From an archaeon (GTDB lineage: Archaea; Nanobdellota; Nanobdellia; Pacearchaeales; GW2011-AR1): a DNA stretch of 64,000 nucleotides. Positions within the stretch are counted from its first letter, which is position 1; each line of letters starts with the position of its first letter. The notes below the pieces were generated by a model. The model saw only the letters and a program-made list of their open reading frames with translations. It did not search any database and was not told where the DNA came from. This document shows, in pieces, positions 43,054-52,200 of the stretch. Both the position numbers and the translations under genes were made by a program. Location of the stretch: NCBI GenBank assembly GCA_018653485.1, contig JABHZE010000006.1, positions 132,491-196,490 on the forward strand. Direction: 5' to 3'.

Positions 43054-44145
43054 ATGGTTTTAGATTTTACAAAAGAAGCGATAGATAATATAGATAGTCA
43101 TAGTATAAATTTCGATGATTTGAAAGCAGGTAAAGCTAACATTAAAGTTTTTGGTGTTGGTGGAGCTGGAGGTAATGCAGTGACTTGGTTGTTTAATAAA
43201 GGTATTAATGGAGCTACAGTGTATGCTGCTAATACAGATGCTTTGCATTTAAGTATCACTAAAGCTGATGATAAAATTCTTATTGGTAAAGAATTGACTC
43301 GAGGTTTAGGTGCTGGAGGTAAAGCTGAAGTAGGACGTGAAGCTGCTAAGGAATCTATTTCAGAACTTAAAAAAGCTGTTTCTGGTGCTGATATGATTTT
43401 CATTATTGGTGGTGAAGGTGGTGGAACTGCTACTGGAGCTATGCCTGTTGTGGCTCAATTAGCTAAAGAAACTGGGGCTGTTGTAATAGGAGTTGTTACA
43501 ATGCCATTTGAGTGTGAAAAAGCAAGAATCGATAAAGCAGAATATGGTTTACAAGAATTAAGGGATCATGTAGATACTGCTATTGTTATTGATAATAATA
43601 GATTAGTAGATATTGCTGGGCAGTTACCTATACAACAAGCATTTGCAGTTGCTAATGAATTAATTAGTACTATGATTAAAGGTATTGTAGAGACAATAAC
43701 ATTACCTAGTTTGATTAACTTAGACTATGCCGATGTTTCTTCAATTATGAAGAAAGGAGAAGTTGCAGTTATTGGTATTGGTGAAGCAGATTCAAGTGAT
43801 AGGGTAAATGAAGCAGTGAGGCAGGCTTTGTCACATCCGTTGTTAGACGTGGATTACAAAGGTGCCAGTGGTGCTTTAATACATATCACCTGTGGACCTG
43901 ATATGAAACTGGAAGAATTTAGTCAAGTTGGTAAATTAGTTACTGAAAATGTTTCAGTAGAAGCTCAAGTAATTATTGGTGCAAGAATCAATAAAGATTT
44001 TGAAGGAAGAGTAAGGGTTATAACAATTATGACTGGTGTTTCAAGTCCTTATATACTTGGAAAACAGAAGATGATGAATTATAATCAAGAAGCTCCTGCA
44101 AGAGATGAGTTTTCTGAATTAGGTATTGAATTTGTTAGAGATTAA
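43054..44145 (+). CDS. ftsZ: Cell division protein FtsZ
   Basis: GVGGAGGNAV, GGEGGGTATGAMPVVAQ, NLDYADV. AAGGAGG 9 nt upstream of the ATG. Confidence 0.9.
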   Translation: MVLDFTKEAIDNIDSHSINFDDLKAGKANIKVFGVGGAGGNAVTWLFNKGINGATVYAANTDALHLSITKADDKILIGKELTRGLGAGGKAEVGREAAKESISELKKAVSGADMIFIIGGEGGGTATGAMPVVAQLAKETGAVVIGVVTMPFECEKARIDKAEYGLQELRDHVDTAIVIDNNRLVDIAGQLPIQQAFAVANELISTMIKGIVETITLPSLINLDYADVSSIMKKGEVAVIGIGEADSSDRVNEAVRQALSHPLLDVDYKGASGALIHITCGPDMKLEEFSQVGKLVTENVSVEAQVIIGARINKDFEGRVRVITIMTGVSSPYILGKQKMMNYNQEAPARDEFSELGIEFVRD

Positions 44146-44154
44146 TTTTTTTTT

Positions 44155-44188
44155 ACCTGCAATTTTGCAGGTTTTTTTCTTTTTTTTC
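44155..44188 (+). terminator. Hairpin plus T-tracts after ftsZ
   Basis: ACCTGC-AATTTT-GCAGGT followed by T7 and T8 runs, 10 nt after the stop. Confidence 0.5.
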
Positions 44189-44386
44189 TTTGGGGTTTAT
44201 CTATAATCTGGAGTTAATATTCTTTTTCTTGAAGAATTTCTTGGGATATAGGTATGAAGATTTTTTAATGGGTGTCTGTTAATTGGAATGTATTTTCTTA
44301 TAGGTGATTTATTGGTTCTTCTTTGGAATTGCTTTGTTTTGGGTAATTTTGTTTCTAGGGACATTTTTTTGTAAATTGTAACTATA

Positions 44387-44436
44387 ATTTTGATTTGTTC
44401 TCCCTCATAAATAGGGGGAGAAAAATAAAATTCTTG
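44387..44436 (+). repeat. Long-hairpin intergenic element, copy C
   Basis: AATTTTGATTTGTTCTCCCTC - ATAAATA - GGGGGAGAAAAATAAAATTCTTG. Confidence 0.6.
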
Positions 44437-44493
44437 CTAGTGTGGTTTGATTAATCTAAATTAGGATTTATTATTTATAAAAATTATTGTTTA

Positions 44494-45063
44494 TTATAGG
44501 TCTGTTCTTCTAACTCTCTTTAATGGTGTTTTAAATTTTTCTCCGTATTTGTGAAAAAAGAAAGCTCTATCTAATTGTATTTTGGGTTTTTGTTTTTTGG
44601 ATTCTGTTTTTAATTGATATGCTACAGGAAGGACTGCTTCTATTTCTATGTTTCCTGGAATGTTTAAAATTCTTTTAATTGTTGTATCTGAAAATGCACC
44701 TACCCAACAAGAAGCTAATTTCATTTCTGTTATTTTTAATAAGAAGTTTTCAATTGATGCTCCTGCATGTTGTTTAATATAAGTTTTAGCTCTTTCATCA
44801 TACATTGTTTTTGCTTGTTGAGAGTCTGAACAGACTATTACTAGGAATGGTGCTTTTTTTATGAATTCTTGTTGACATGCTTCAGAAATTTCATAGATTG
44901 TATCTACATTGTCTATGATTATATATTTTAAAAGATGTAAATTTCCTGGAGAAGGAGCATGTGTTGCAGATTCAACTGCTTGAAGAACTTTTTCAATAGG
45001 TGGTTTTTTTGAAGAATATCTTTTTATTGAAGCTCTTGTGTTTATGATATTGTCGAATTTCAT
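44494..45063 (-). CDS. Nitroreductase family protein
   Basis: IINTRASIKRYSSKKP, HAPSPGNLH and CWVGAF motifs. Start moved to MKFDN because the longer ORF overlaps tRNA-Asn. Confidence 0.7.
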   Translation of the reverse strand: MKFDNIINTRASIKRYSSKKPPIEKVLQAVESATHAPSPGNLHLLKYIIIDNVDTIYEISEACQQEFIKKAPFLVIVCSDSQQAKTMYDERAKTYIKQHAGASIENFLLKITEMKLASCWVGAFSDTTIKRILNIPGNIEIEAVLPVAYQLKTESKKQKPKIQLDRAFFFHKYGEKFKTPLKRVRRTDL

Positions 45064-45114
45064 GTTAAGAATAAGTTGGAAGTGTATAAAAATGTTTCTG
45101 GGAAAATTAAAAAA

Positions 45115-45187
45115 CGTCTCCGGCTGGACTCGAACCAACGACAACGCGGTTAACAGCCGCGCGCTCTACCAACTGAGCTACGGAGAC
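45115..45187 (-). tRNA. tRNA-Asn (anticodon GTT)
   Basis: Hand-folded: GTCTCCG-TA-GCTC-AGTTGGTA-GAGC-G-CGCGG-CTGTTAA-CCGCG-TTGTC-GTTGG-TTCGAGT-CCAGC-CGGAGAC-G. Confidence 0.9.
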
Positions 45188-45246
45188 ATAATAATTTTTA
45201 GAGAAATTGGTATTTAAAGTTATTTGTTTTGAATTTTAACCTTATC

Positions 45247-45747
45247 TTAAATTCCTTCTTTATCTCGGATTCTTCGTTTTTTCATTTCTTTTTCTGTTCT
45301 AGAATATACATTCCCGTGTTTACTTCCTAAGATTATTGATTTTACTGCTTGGATGGCTTCTTCAATTTTTTCTGCATTACCTATTATTCCTATTTGATTA
45401 TCTTGTAATGATATTGGGCAATTTGTAAGTTTTTTAATTGTGCTTAATGCTTTTCCTTGTTTTCCAATTATTCTTCCTCTAACTCTTTCTAAATCTTGCC
45501 TTTTAGTAATATCTTTGATATTTACTGTTTGAAGCATCATTCCATTTTCTGTTAATAATAATGCTCTGTCTGTTGAGAATCCTAGGTTGATTGCTTCAAG
45601 AACTTCTAAGGCAGTGTATTCTTTTTCCGCATCTCCATCTACAAAGACTAATTTTCCTTTATTGGTTATTTTGACATCTAGGGCTTTTTCAAGCTTTTGT
45701 TTGTTTCTAATAACTTTTGCTATTGGTTCTACATATGTTTCTTGCAT
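45247..45747 (-). CDS. KH-domain RNA-binding protein (archaeal Dim2/Pno1-like)
   Basis: Two KH-like units. GRIIGKQGKALSTIKKL GxxG loop. Confidence 0.65.
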   Translation of the reverse strand: MQETYVEPIAKVIRNKQKLEKALDVKITNKGKLVFVDGDAEKEYTALEVLEAINLGFSTDRALLLTENGMMLQTVNIKDITKRQDLERVRGRIIGKQGKALSTIKKLTNCPISLQDNQIGIIGNAEKIEEAIQAVKSIILGSKHGNVYSRTEKEMKKRRIRDKEGI

Positions 45748-45829
45748 TTTATTTAGAGGGTTTAATATTTAATTAAGAAATCTAAATGTTATAAGGTTTT
45801 TGGGTCGATTAGAATTTTGTTTAGAACTC

Positions 45830-46183
45830 TCAAAATTCATCAGAAACTTCTCTCATGAAACCTTTTCTCTTTAAGAATTCAACTTGTGCAGGAGTGTATT
45901 TGTATAAAACATCTCCTTTTTTATCGCCTTCAAACTCCCAAGGTCTTACAATTACTGTGTTTCCAGGTCTAATCCATAGTCTTCTTCTTAATGCTCCTGG
46001 TATTCTGCAGTTTCTTTCTTTCCCATCTAAACATTTTACAATCATTCTGTTTGCACCTACTCTTTGTTCAACAATTCCAATAACTTCATCATCTCTTGGA
46101 GTTCTAACTCTTGTTATAATTTGTTCACCCATTGGTGTAGGGGCTTTATTCTTTTTTCTTTTGTCTTTAAATTTTGGTGGCAT
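45830..46183 (-). CDS. eif1a: Translation initiation factor aIF-1A
   Basis: EVIGIVEQRVGANRMIVKCLDGKERNCRIPGALRRRLWIRPGNTVIVRPWEF. Confidence 0.9.
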   Translation of the reverse strand: MPPKFKDKRKKNKAPTPMGEQIITRVRTPRDDEVIGIVEQRVGANRMIVKCLDGKERNCRIPGALRRRLWIRPGNTVIVRPWEFEGDKKGDVLYKYTPAQVEFLKRKGFMREVSDEF

Positions 46184-46249
46184 TTTTTTGCTAATTGTTT
46201 ATAATATTAATGAGAAAAATGTATTTATAAGGGTTTGGAATAGGATTTT

Positions 46250-46681
46250 TTAATCAGCTAAGGGATTTAATCTTCTTGATATATTTCTACCATCAAAATC
46301 TTCATAAGTTAAATGAAGTCTATCAAAATGACAATGAGTACGAAATCCTCTATCCCAAAAAGGCAGATGAGATATTTCTCCATTAACATTTTTTTCAAAA
46401 GTTGATTTGTCTAAAGTAATATCATAACCTAAAATTCTTACTAATTCAGGATTATTATGATATCCTTCTAAATAAAAATCCGGAGTTTCAAATTGAAATT
46501 TTAATTGATATATTGCTTTTTCTTTAATTATTAGGCTGGCAGGAGTTAAATCAGCTACTCTAACATTAATTAAAAGAGATTTTCCTTCATAAGTTAAAGC
46601 TTTAAGCCCACCCTTAAGTAATTGAGAAACATCTGATTTATAGATTTTAATATTTAAATCAGGATAAAACTGTGCTATCAT
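46250..46681 (-). CDS. Hypothetical protein (143 aa orphan)
   Basis: ORF between DUF424 and aIF-1A on the same strand. No secure motif. Confidence 0.35.
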   Translation of the reverse strand: MIAQFYPDLNIKIYKSDVSQLLKGGLKALTYEGKSLLINVRVADLTPASLIIKEKAIYQLKFQFETPDFYLEGYHNNPELVRILGYDITLDKSTFEKNVNGEISHLPFWDRGFRTHCHFDRLHLTYEDFDGRNISRRLNPLAD

Positions 46682-46740
46682 GATTTTAAGAATCTAAATT
46701 AATTTATAAGAATTATTGAGATTGATTGTGTTTAAAGGGT

Positions 46741-47037
46741 TTAGAATAAACCTAATGCAATAGGAATATTATCTATTGTCATAATTCCTGATTCTTGGAT
46801 AACTCCTGCTTCAATCGCTGATTGAACTGATTCTTTGCCTACAATATTAAATGTAGCATCTTCTCTATCCATGTCCTTTAGAATTAGAATGATTTCTTGC
46901 TTTGATTTTTCTTCTCCTTCAAAGAAATTGGGTTTAATTTCTATTTGTTTGTTTCCTTCCTCAAAGGTTTTTCCAATTAAGTTTGAGTCTGCTAAAGCTA
47001 CAATTTTTCTATAACTATCATGTATTTTGATAAACAT
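46741..47037 (-). CDS. DUF424-like archaeal protein
   Basis: MFIKIHDSYRKIVALADSNLIGKTFEEGN pattern, ~98 aa. Confidence 0.5.
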   Translation of the reverse strand: MFIKIHDSYRKIVALADSNLIGKTFEEGNKQIEIKPNFFEGEEKSKQEIILILKDMDREDATFNIVGKESVQSAIEAGVIQESGIMTIDNIPIALGLF

Positions 47038-47143
47038 GTTAAGGAATAATTCTTGCCTTATTTAAACCTTAGCAAGAAATTAAGATATTTGAGTGTAATC
47101 CTATTGATTTAATATATAAAATAAAAAAAATAAAAATAAAAAT

Positions 47144-47335
47144 TTAGAATGCCTTTTTAGCACCGTCTGCCATTGCCTTCTCAGCATTGTCCTTTGACAT
47201 CATAGCACACATTGTTGTTCCGCAATCAGGACATTTTCCTTTAGCCATAAAACCACCTTTAGCAGTCTTATTAATCGCAGGATCTTTCATTTTTTGTCCT
47301 TTTTTCTTGCATTTTACACAGTAAGCTTCAACCAT
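47144..47335 (-). CDS. Small zinc-ribbon protein
   Basis: CVKCKKK...KGKCPDCGT. AGGAGG about 7 nt upstream of the ATG. Confidence 0.5.
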   Translation of the reverse strand: MVEAYCVKCKKKGQKMKDPAINKTAKGGFMAKGKCPDCGTTMCAMMSKDNAEKAMADGAKKAF

Positions 47336-47461
47336 TTTTTTCCTCCTAAGTTATTTATTTTTTTATTTTCCTCTCTTTTCAATAATGAAATCTGTTTTAT
47401 AAAGGTTTATGTGAGGCATTAAATGTGATTTTTATAGTATTTTGAAAGGGATTTTGGAGAA

Positions 47462-47875
47462 TTACAACTTAGTTCTAACAGAATGTTTTGCTCCGCATGC
47501 TAAACAATGTATAAATGAGAATCCTTTTTCTTTTAGTAATTCTGTGTCTGGTTTTTTACATTGAGGGCAGATTACAAATTCGTTAGTATATTCTTCTACT
47601 TTCTCATTTATTTTTTGAGAATTGATTTTTCTTTGTAGTATTACTCTTCCTTTTTTAATAGAACCTGATGTAGCAAGTGTTTTAAGTAAGAATCTTAGTA
47701 AATGGTCAACATCTCTTCGTAGATAAGATGCTATTGCAGGTATATTGCTAAGTATTGTTTTTGTTCCTTCAAAGTGTCCTTCTATTTTTGGGATTTCAAA
47801 CCTTTCTCCAGAATGTTCAATAGGTTTGATTTTTTTATAAGTTTCAGTTAATAGTTTTTCGTAGTCGTCTGCCAT
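47462..47875 (-). CDS. eif2b: Translation initiation factor aIF-2 beta subunit
   Basis: YEKLL..., FEIPK, C-terminal zinc ribbon CPQCKKPDT...CLACGA. Confidence 0.85.
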   Translation of the reverse strand: MADDYEKLLTETYKKIKPIEHSGERFEIPKIEGHFEGTKTILSNIPAIASYLRRDVDHLLRFLLKTLATSGSIKKGRVILQRKINSQKINEKVEEYTNEFVICPQCKKPDTELLKEKGFSFIHCLACGAKHSVRTKL

Positions 47876-47955
47876 GTTAGGTGTTGTAATTAATATTAAT
47901 TAATTATAGTTTAGTTTTGATAGGATTAGGGAGAATTTGTAGTTTTTAAGGGTTG

Positions 47956-48504
47956 CTACCAATATATTTTAAGGATTTTCTTTTGTAAATCACTTGTTAA
48001 ATGAACTAATCCTTTTTCAACATCATAAGTTTCAATAGGTTGAGGTAAGTTTTTTAATTTAGGGTATCTGAATGAATTATCCCATTCAGAAGTCCAGGAA
48101 GAACCTGAACAATTAGAAACAGGATATTGATACATCCAATCCCAATTAACAATCCATAGTTCTCTTTTTGTTACCATTGCTTCGAGTTCATCAAAATCTC
48201 TTGTTTTAATCTCTTGAACAGGTCTGTCTAATTCATAAGTTCCTAATGCCCATAATCCAATTCCATTCCAATATTCTCCATATTCTACTTGATGGTCAAG
48301 AACAGTCCATGCACGGGGATAATCTGATTTTCCATTGCCTTGAGGTTTTACTAATACAAATTTTACTTCTGCAAATTTTCCATCTCCTAATAAATCCGGA
48401 CCCTTTTTTGGATTTCGTTCTAAACCTGAAACCCTTGAAGCCCATATTTCATTTACAGTAGGCATTATTGAATTAAATCTTCTTGCATGATTTGCTTTGT
48501 TCAT
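47956..48504 (-). CDS. Hypothetical Trp-rich protein with PD-(D/E)xK-like motif
   Basis: GPDLLGDGKFAEVKF fits D-x(n)-E-x-K. Otherwise unrecognised. Confidence 0.35.
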   Translation of the reverse strand: MNKANHARRFNSIMPTVNEIWASRVSGLERNPKKGPDLLGDGKFAEVKFVLVKPQGNGKSDYPRAWTVLDHQVEYGEYWNGIGLWALGTYELDRPVQEIKTRDFDELEAMVTKRELWIVNWDWMYQYPVSNCSGSSWTSEWDNSFRYPKLKNLPQPIETYDVEKGLVHLTSDLQKKILKIYW

Positions 48505-48553
48505 TATGTTGAAGAGAATTATTTGTTTAAAAGAATTAGTGAGGTTTAAAATA

Positions 48554-49189
48554 TCATCCCAAATACCTTACTCTTCCTGGACGAGGCTCATAAACTATGC
48601 CTTCTTCAAGAAGTTTATTAATCTCTTGATTAATTAAATCAGGTTCTGATTTTAGTTTAAGGATTATTTCTTCTTTATCTATTCCTTCTTGAGATTCTGA
48701 CTCTTTGATTATATTCATTAATTCATCTCTTAATGATTTGATTTCTTCTTTCTTTTCTGTTGTTAGTGGTTTGGGAAAAGATTTTTCAATTTCTAATTTT
48801 CTTACTAAAAGATATTTTGGGTCTTGTTTTTTTAGAATTTCTGGGATGATATAGATTTCTTCATTATATGCTCTTAAAAGTCCTATTACTAGGAGAGTAT
48901 CTCCTTGAGTTATATCATTGAATTTTTCTAAATCTTCTGCAAAGGCTCTTGCTCTTATTTGCCCGCTTCCATCATCAAGAGTTATTGAACCAAATTTTCT
49001 TTCGCCTTCTGAAATATATTTATCAATTACATTTGCAATTAAATTTATTCTTAAAACTTGTTTGTCTCCTATTTCGATGAATCTAAGTCTTTTTTTCTCA
49101 GAATCTTCTTCATAAACTTGGTTTCCTTTTAATAAATCTCCAATTCTTAGTTTATGTGCTGTTTCTCTTTTTCTTATTTCAGTTGGCAT
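48554..49189 (-). CDS. RPA32-like OB-fold single-strand DNA-binding protein with C-terminal winged helix
   Basis: INLIANVIDKY...ITLDDGSGQIRARAF...GDTLLVIGLLRAYNEEIYI OB pattern. C-terminal NKLLEEGIVYEPRPGRVRYL. Confidence 0.55.
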   Translation of the reverse strand: MPTEIRKRETAHKLRIGDLLKGNQVYEEDSEKKRLRFIEIGDKQVLRINLIANVIDKYISEGERKFGSITLDDGSGQIRARAFAEDLEKFNDITQGDTLLVIGLLRAYNEEIYIIPEILKKQDPKYLLVRKLEIEKSFPKPLTTEKKEEIKSLRDELMNIIKESESQEGIDKEEIILKLKSEPDLINQEINKLLEEGIVYEPRPGRVRYLG

Positions 49190-49234
49190 GTTTAATAATT
49201 GTAATTTTATTTTTTAAAGATTTGTGTGGTGGAA

Positions 49235-52200
49235 TTAAATTCCTTGGATAAATCCGGATTTAGGGTGAAAGATATCCCCTGATTTTTTTAATTGTTCAAT
49301 TGCTTCGTCAAATTCTGTATCTGATAAATTTTCACCTATGTCTATTCTTAATCTGTCTGCAGGGACCATTTTACCAAATTGTTCTTCTAGTTTTTTTATT
49401 GTTTCTTTTACTAATACTATCTTATTTCTTTGTCCAGAAGAAATTTTTGAAGAGATTCTATCAATATCAAATGTTTTTGTTTCAGGATCATAGCCTACTT
49501 GTAGAAGATAATAATTTGTTAATCTTATTGCTACTTGTGCATCTTTTGCTTCTACTACTGGAGATAATCTTGATTTAGCGTGTGCTTCTGCTAATCTTAC
49601 TAATCCTTGTAATTGTCTTGCAGTTATTGAGATAGAACCTGTGTCTTCTCCTTGAGTACTTGACTTTCTCATTTTAACATAGAAACTTTTAATTTCTTCA
49701 AAAGCTTCGTCTGTTAATGCTGGTTCAATTTTTTGTTTAGAATAAGCAATATATCTTTTGAATAAGTCTCTTTCTATATCTGGTTTTTTATCTTTTTTCT
49801 GGTGCATTTTAAGAACATGGTCTGCTATTGCTTCATCTTTAACTGCGTCTGGTAAATCTCTTTGAATAAATATTAAATCAAATCTGCTGATTAGTGCAGG
49901 AGGTAAATCTATTTGTTGAACAATTGATTGAGTTGGTTCAAATCTTCCGAATTTGGGGTTTCCTGCAGCTAATACTGATGTTTCTGCTGAAAGGGTGTTT
50001 CCTTGAATAGCAATTTTACCATTTCTTCTTGTTAAGAAAAAACCTGTTTTTGTTGAAAAACAAAATACTTTTCCATTGTATTCTTTTTCTTGAATATTTC
50101 CTATTTCTTTTCTTAAGCTTAATTCTGTTTTATTAGATAGAGATGTTCTATACATATCTTTCCTATTGCCTCTTTTAGCCCCTTTATAATGTAAGTTAAG
50201 ATTTGCTGATTTCCCAATAAGACAGGCAATACCTTGAAACATATCTATTAATTTTTTTGAAGTTGAACCATAATATTTTCCATCTGATGAACCATCTCCA
50301 AGCATCATTGCATTATATATAATTTTTAATTGTTTTTTGGAAAAAGAAGATAAACTAAATTCCTCTGGGAATCTTTTTTCATAACTTTTTCTTCCACATT
50401 TTTCTAAGTAGGAATATAATTGAGTGTTTGTTATTTTAAGTTTAGTATAATTTTTATTTTTTATTTCAGATAATTTAAAACCCACATATCTTGATAATTT
50501 TTTTAGGCATTTTTTTATTTTATTTATATTTTTTTTATCTTTTTGAGTAATCCCTATCGTAGGATTTGTCTCAACTCCTCCTTCTGTAAGGTAGTATCCT
50601 AAAAATTCTAACCATAGATTTACTGGTATTTTTTTAGGAGTATGTTGATGAGTATATTTTGGATGTTTTCTATTTTGTTTATGTTTAATCGGAGGCAAAA
50701 TAAAGTGATTTGTTTCTTTATTTTTGAATTCTCCTGAATTTAGGACCTTTATTCTTTTATATTTTATATCCTCTGCTTTAATTGCTTCATATTCCTTATT
50801 TCCTTCTTTTTTTAATAACATTTTATGATTTGGAGTTACTAAAATATCATTTCTCTTATTTTTGAAACTAAACATTTTTCCCTTATAATCATAAATAAAT
50901 AATCCTTTATGTGAAAGAAATTCAATTTGTTTGTTTTTAGGATTATATTGAGCTATTTTTATATCTTGAACTTCATTATATTTTTTCCATCCTTTTTCAG
51001 TTAAAACTTCTGTGTTTGAAGAATAACAAGCTTGAACATTAGCTTTAGAAATTGTTACTGTTTGCTGTTCTAATGCCTCATGCATTGCACTTCTATCCTC
51101 TGCACCCATTTTTTCAATTTCATCTATACAGATAACTCCTTTGTTTGCTAAAACCATTGCTCCTGCTTCTAAGCTCCACCCCTTTAGAAATTCATCTTTA
51201 ACAACTGTTGCAGTAATACCTGGGCCTGATGCAGCCATACCTACAATGTATCTTCCTTTTGGAGCAATGTTTGAAACAAATTTTAATGTTACTGAATTAT
51301 GAACTCCGATTCCATTTGCTACAAATGTATTTGTAGAAGGAATTGATAAATCATAAACCTCTTCATTTTTATCAGGTAATTCTTTAATCTCATTAATTTT
51401 AGACCAAATTATAGGACTATTAGCTATTTTCTTTAAAATTTTGAATTCATTATACTTTTGTGTTGATTTTTCTTCAAACATTTTAAGTATTCTTTTCAAT
51501 CTCAATCTTCCAATTACACCTCTTTTTTTTATGGTTCTCATTTGTGCTGCAAAGGATCTGTCTCCATTGATTCTAGAATTATATCCTAATTTTTTTGTTA
51601 ATTCATATAATAATTCTCCACAAGGGATTAAGTCTTTATAGCTGTAAATTGGATCTGAGGCGTTAAGATTAAACTCCCTTCCAATAAATTCTATATTTTC
51701 TGTGAATTTATTTATCATTGGAGTTGGGACAGAGATAGAATAATAGGGGGTTAATTTACTTTTATAATCATAACTTCTTTCTTTTAGTTTGTTTAATATT
51801 CCTATTGAAAATAATAAATCAGAGGTATCTTCTGCTAAATTTTTTGAAATAGTTATTAATTCAAATCCTTTTAGCATTTTTTTATCTTTTATTAATCTTC
51901 CATCTCCTGAAAATAATCCGGATAATAATCCATAAATAAATTCTTTTGGAGCGAAGAATAGAAATTCAGGTATTTTTTTTATTCTAGAATAATTTCCTTT
52001 GACACCATTTTTAAGATTTTTTAAATCTTTTTTATCATAACAATAAGTCTTTAAAATATCTGCTAAATTCTTTGAAAATATTGAAACTTCTTTATCATTA
52101 AAATTATAATTTAAATTTAATTTTTTTGAAAATTCTATTACTCTTGATTGTATTTCTTTGTTTTTATTTGAGATATTAATAGTTTTTTCAGCTTTGATAT

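Noticed and set aside
43060-43403. Minus-strand ORFs of 62 and 101 aa
   Set aside because: They are antisense to ftsZ.
45064-45144. N-terminal 27-aa extension of the nitroreductase ORF
   Set aside because: The extension overlaps tRNA-Asn (45115-45187). The internal ATG at 45063 gives a typical nitroreductase N-terminus.
45855-46253. Plus-strand 132-aa ORF
   Set aside because: It is fully antisense to the clearly recognisable aIF-1A gene.
46250-46681. Possible fourth nucleotidyltransferase (LLKGGLKALTYEGKSLLINVRVADL)
   Set aside because: The GG is present but the DxD is replaced by ADL, and no further supporting motif is seen. This is too weak to call.
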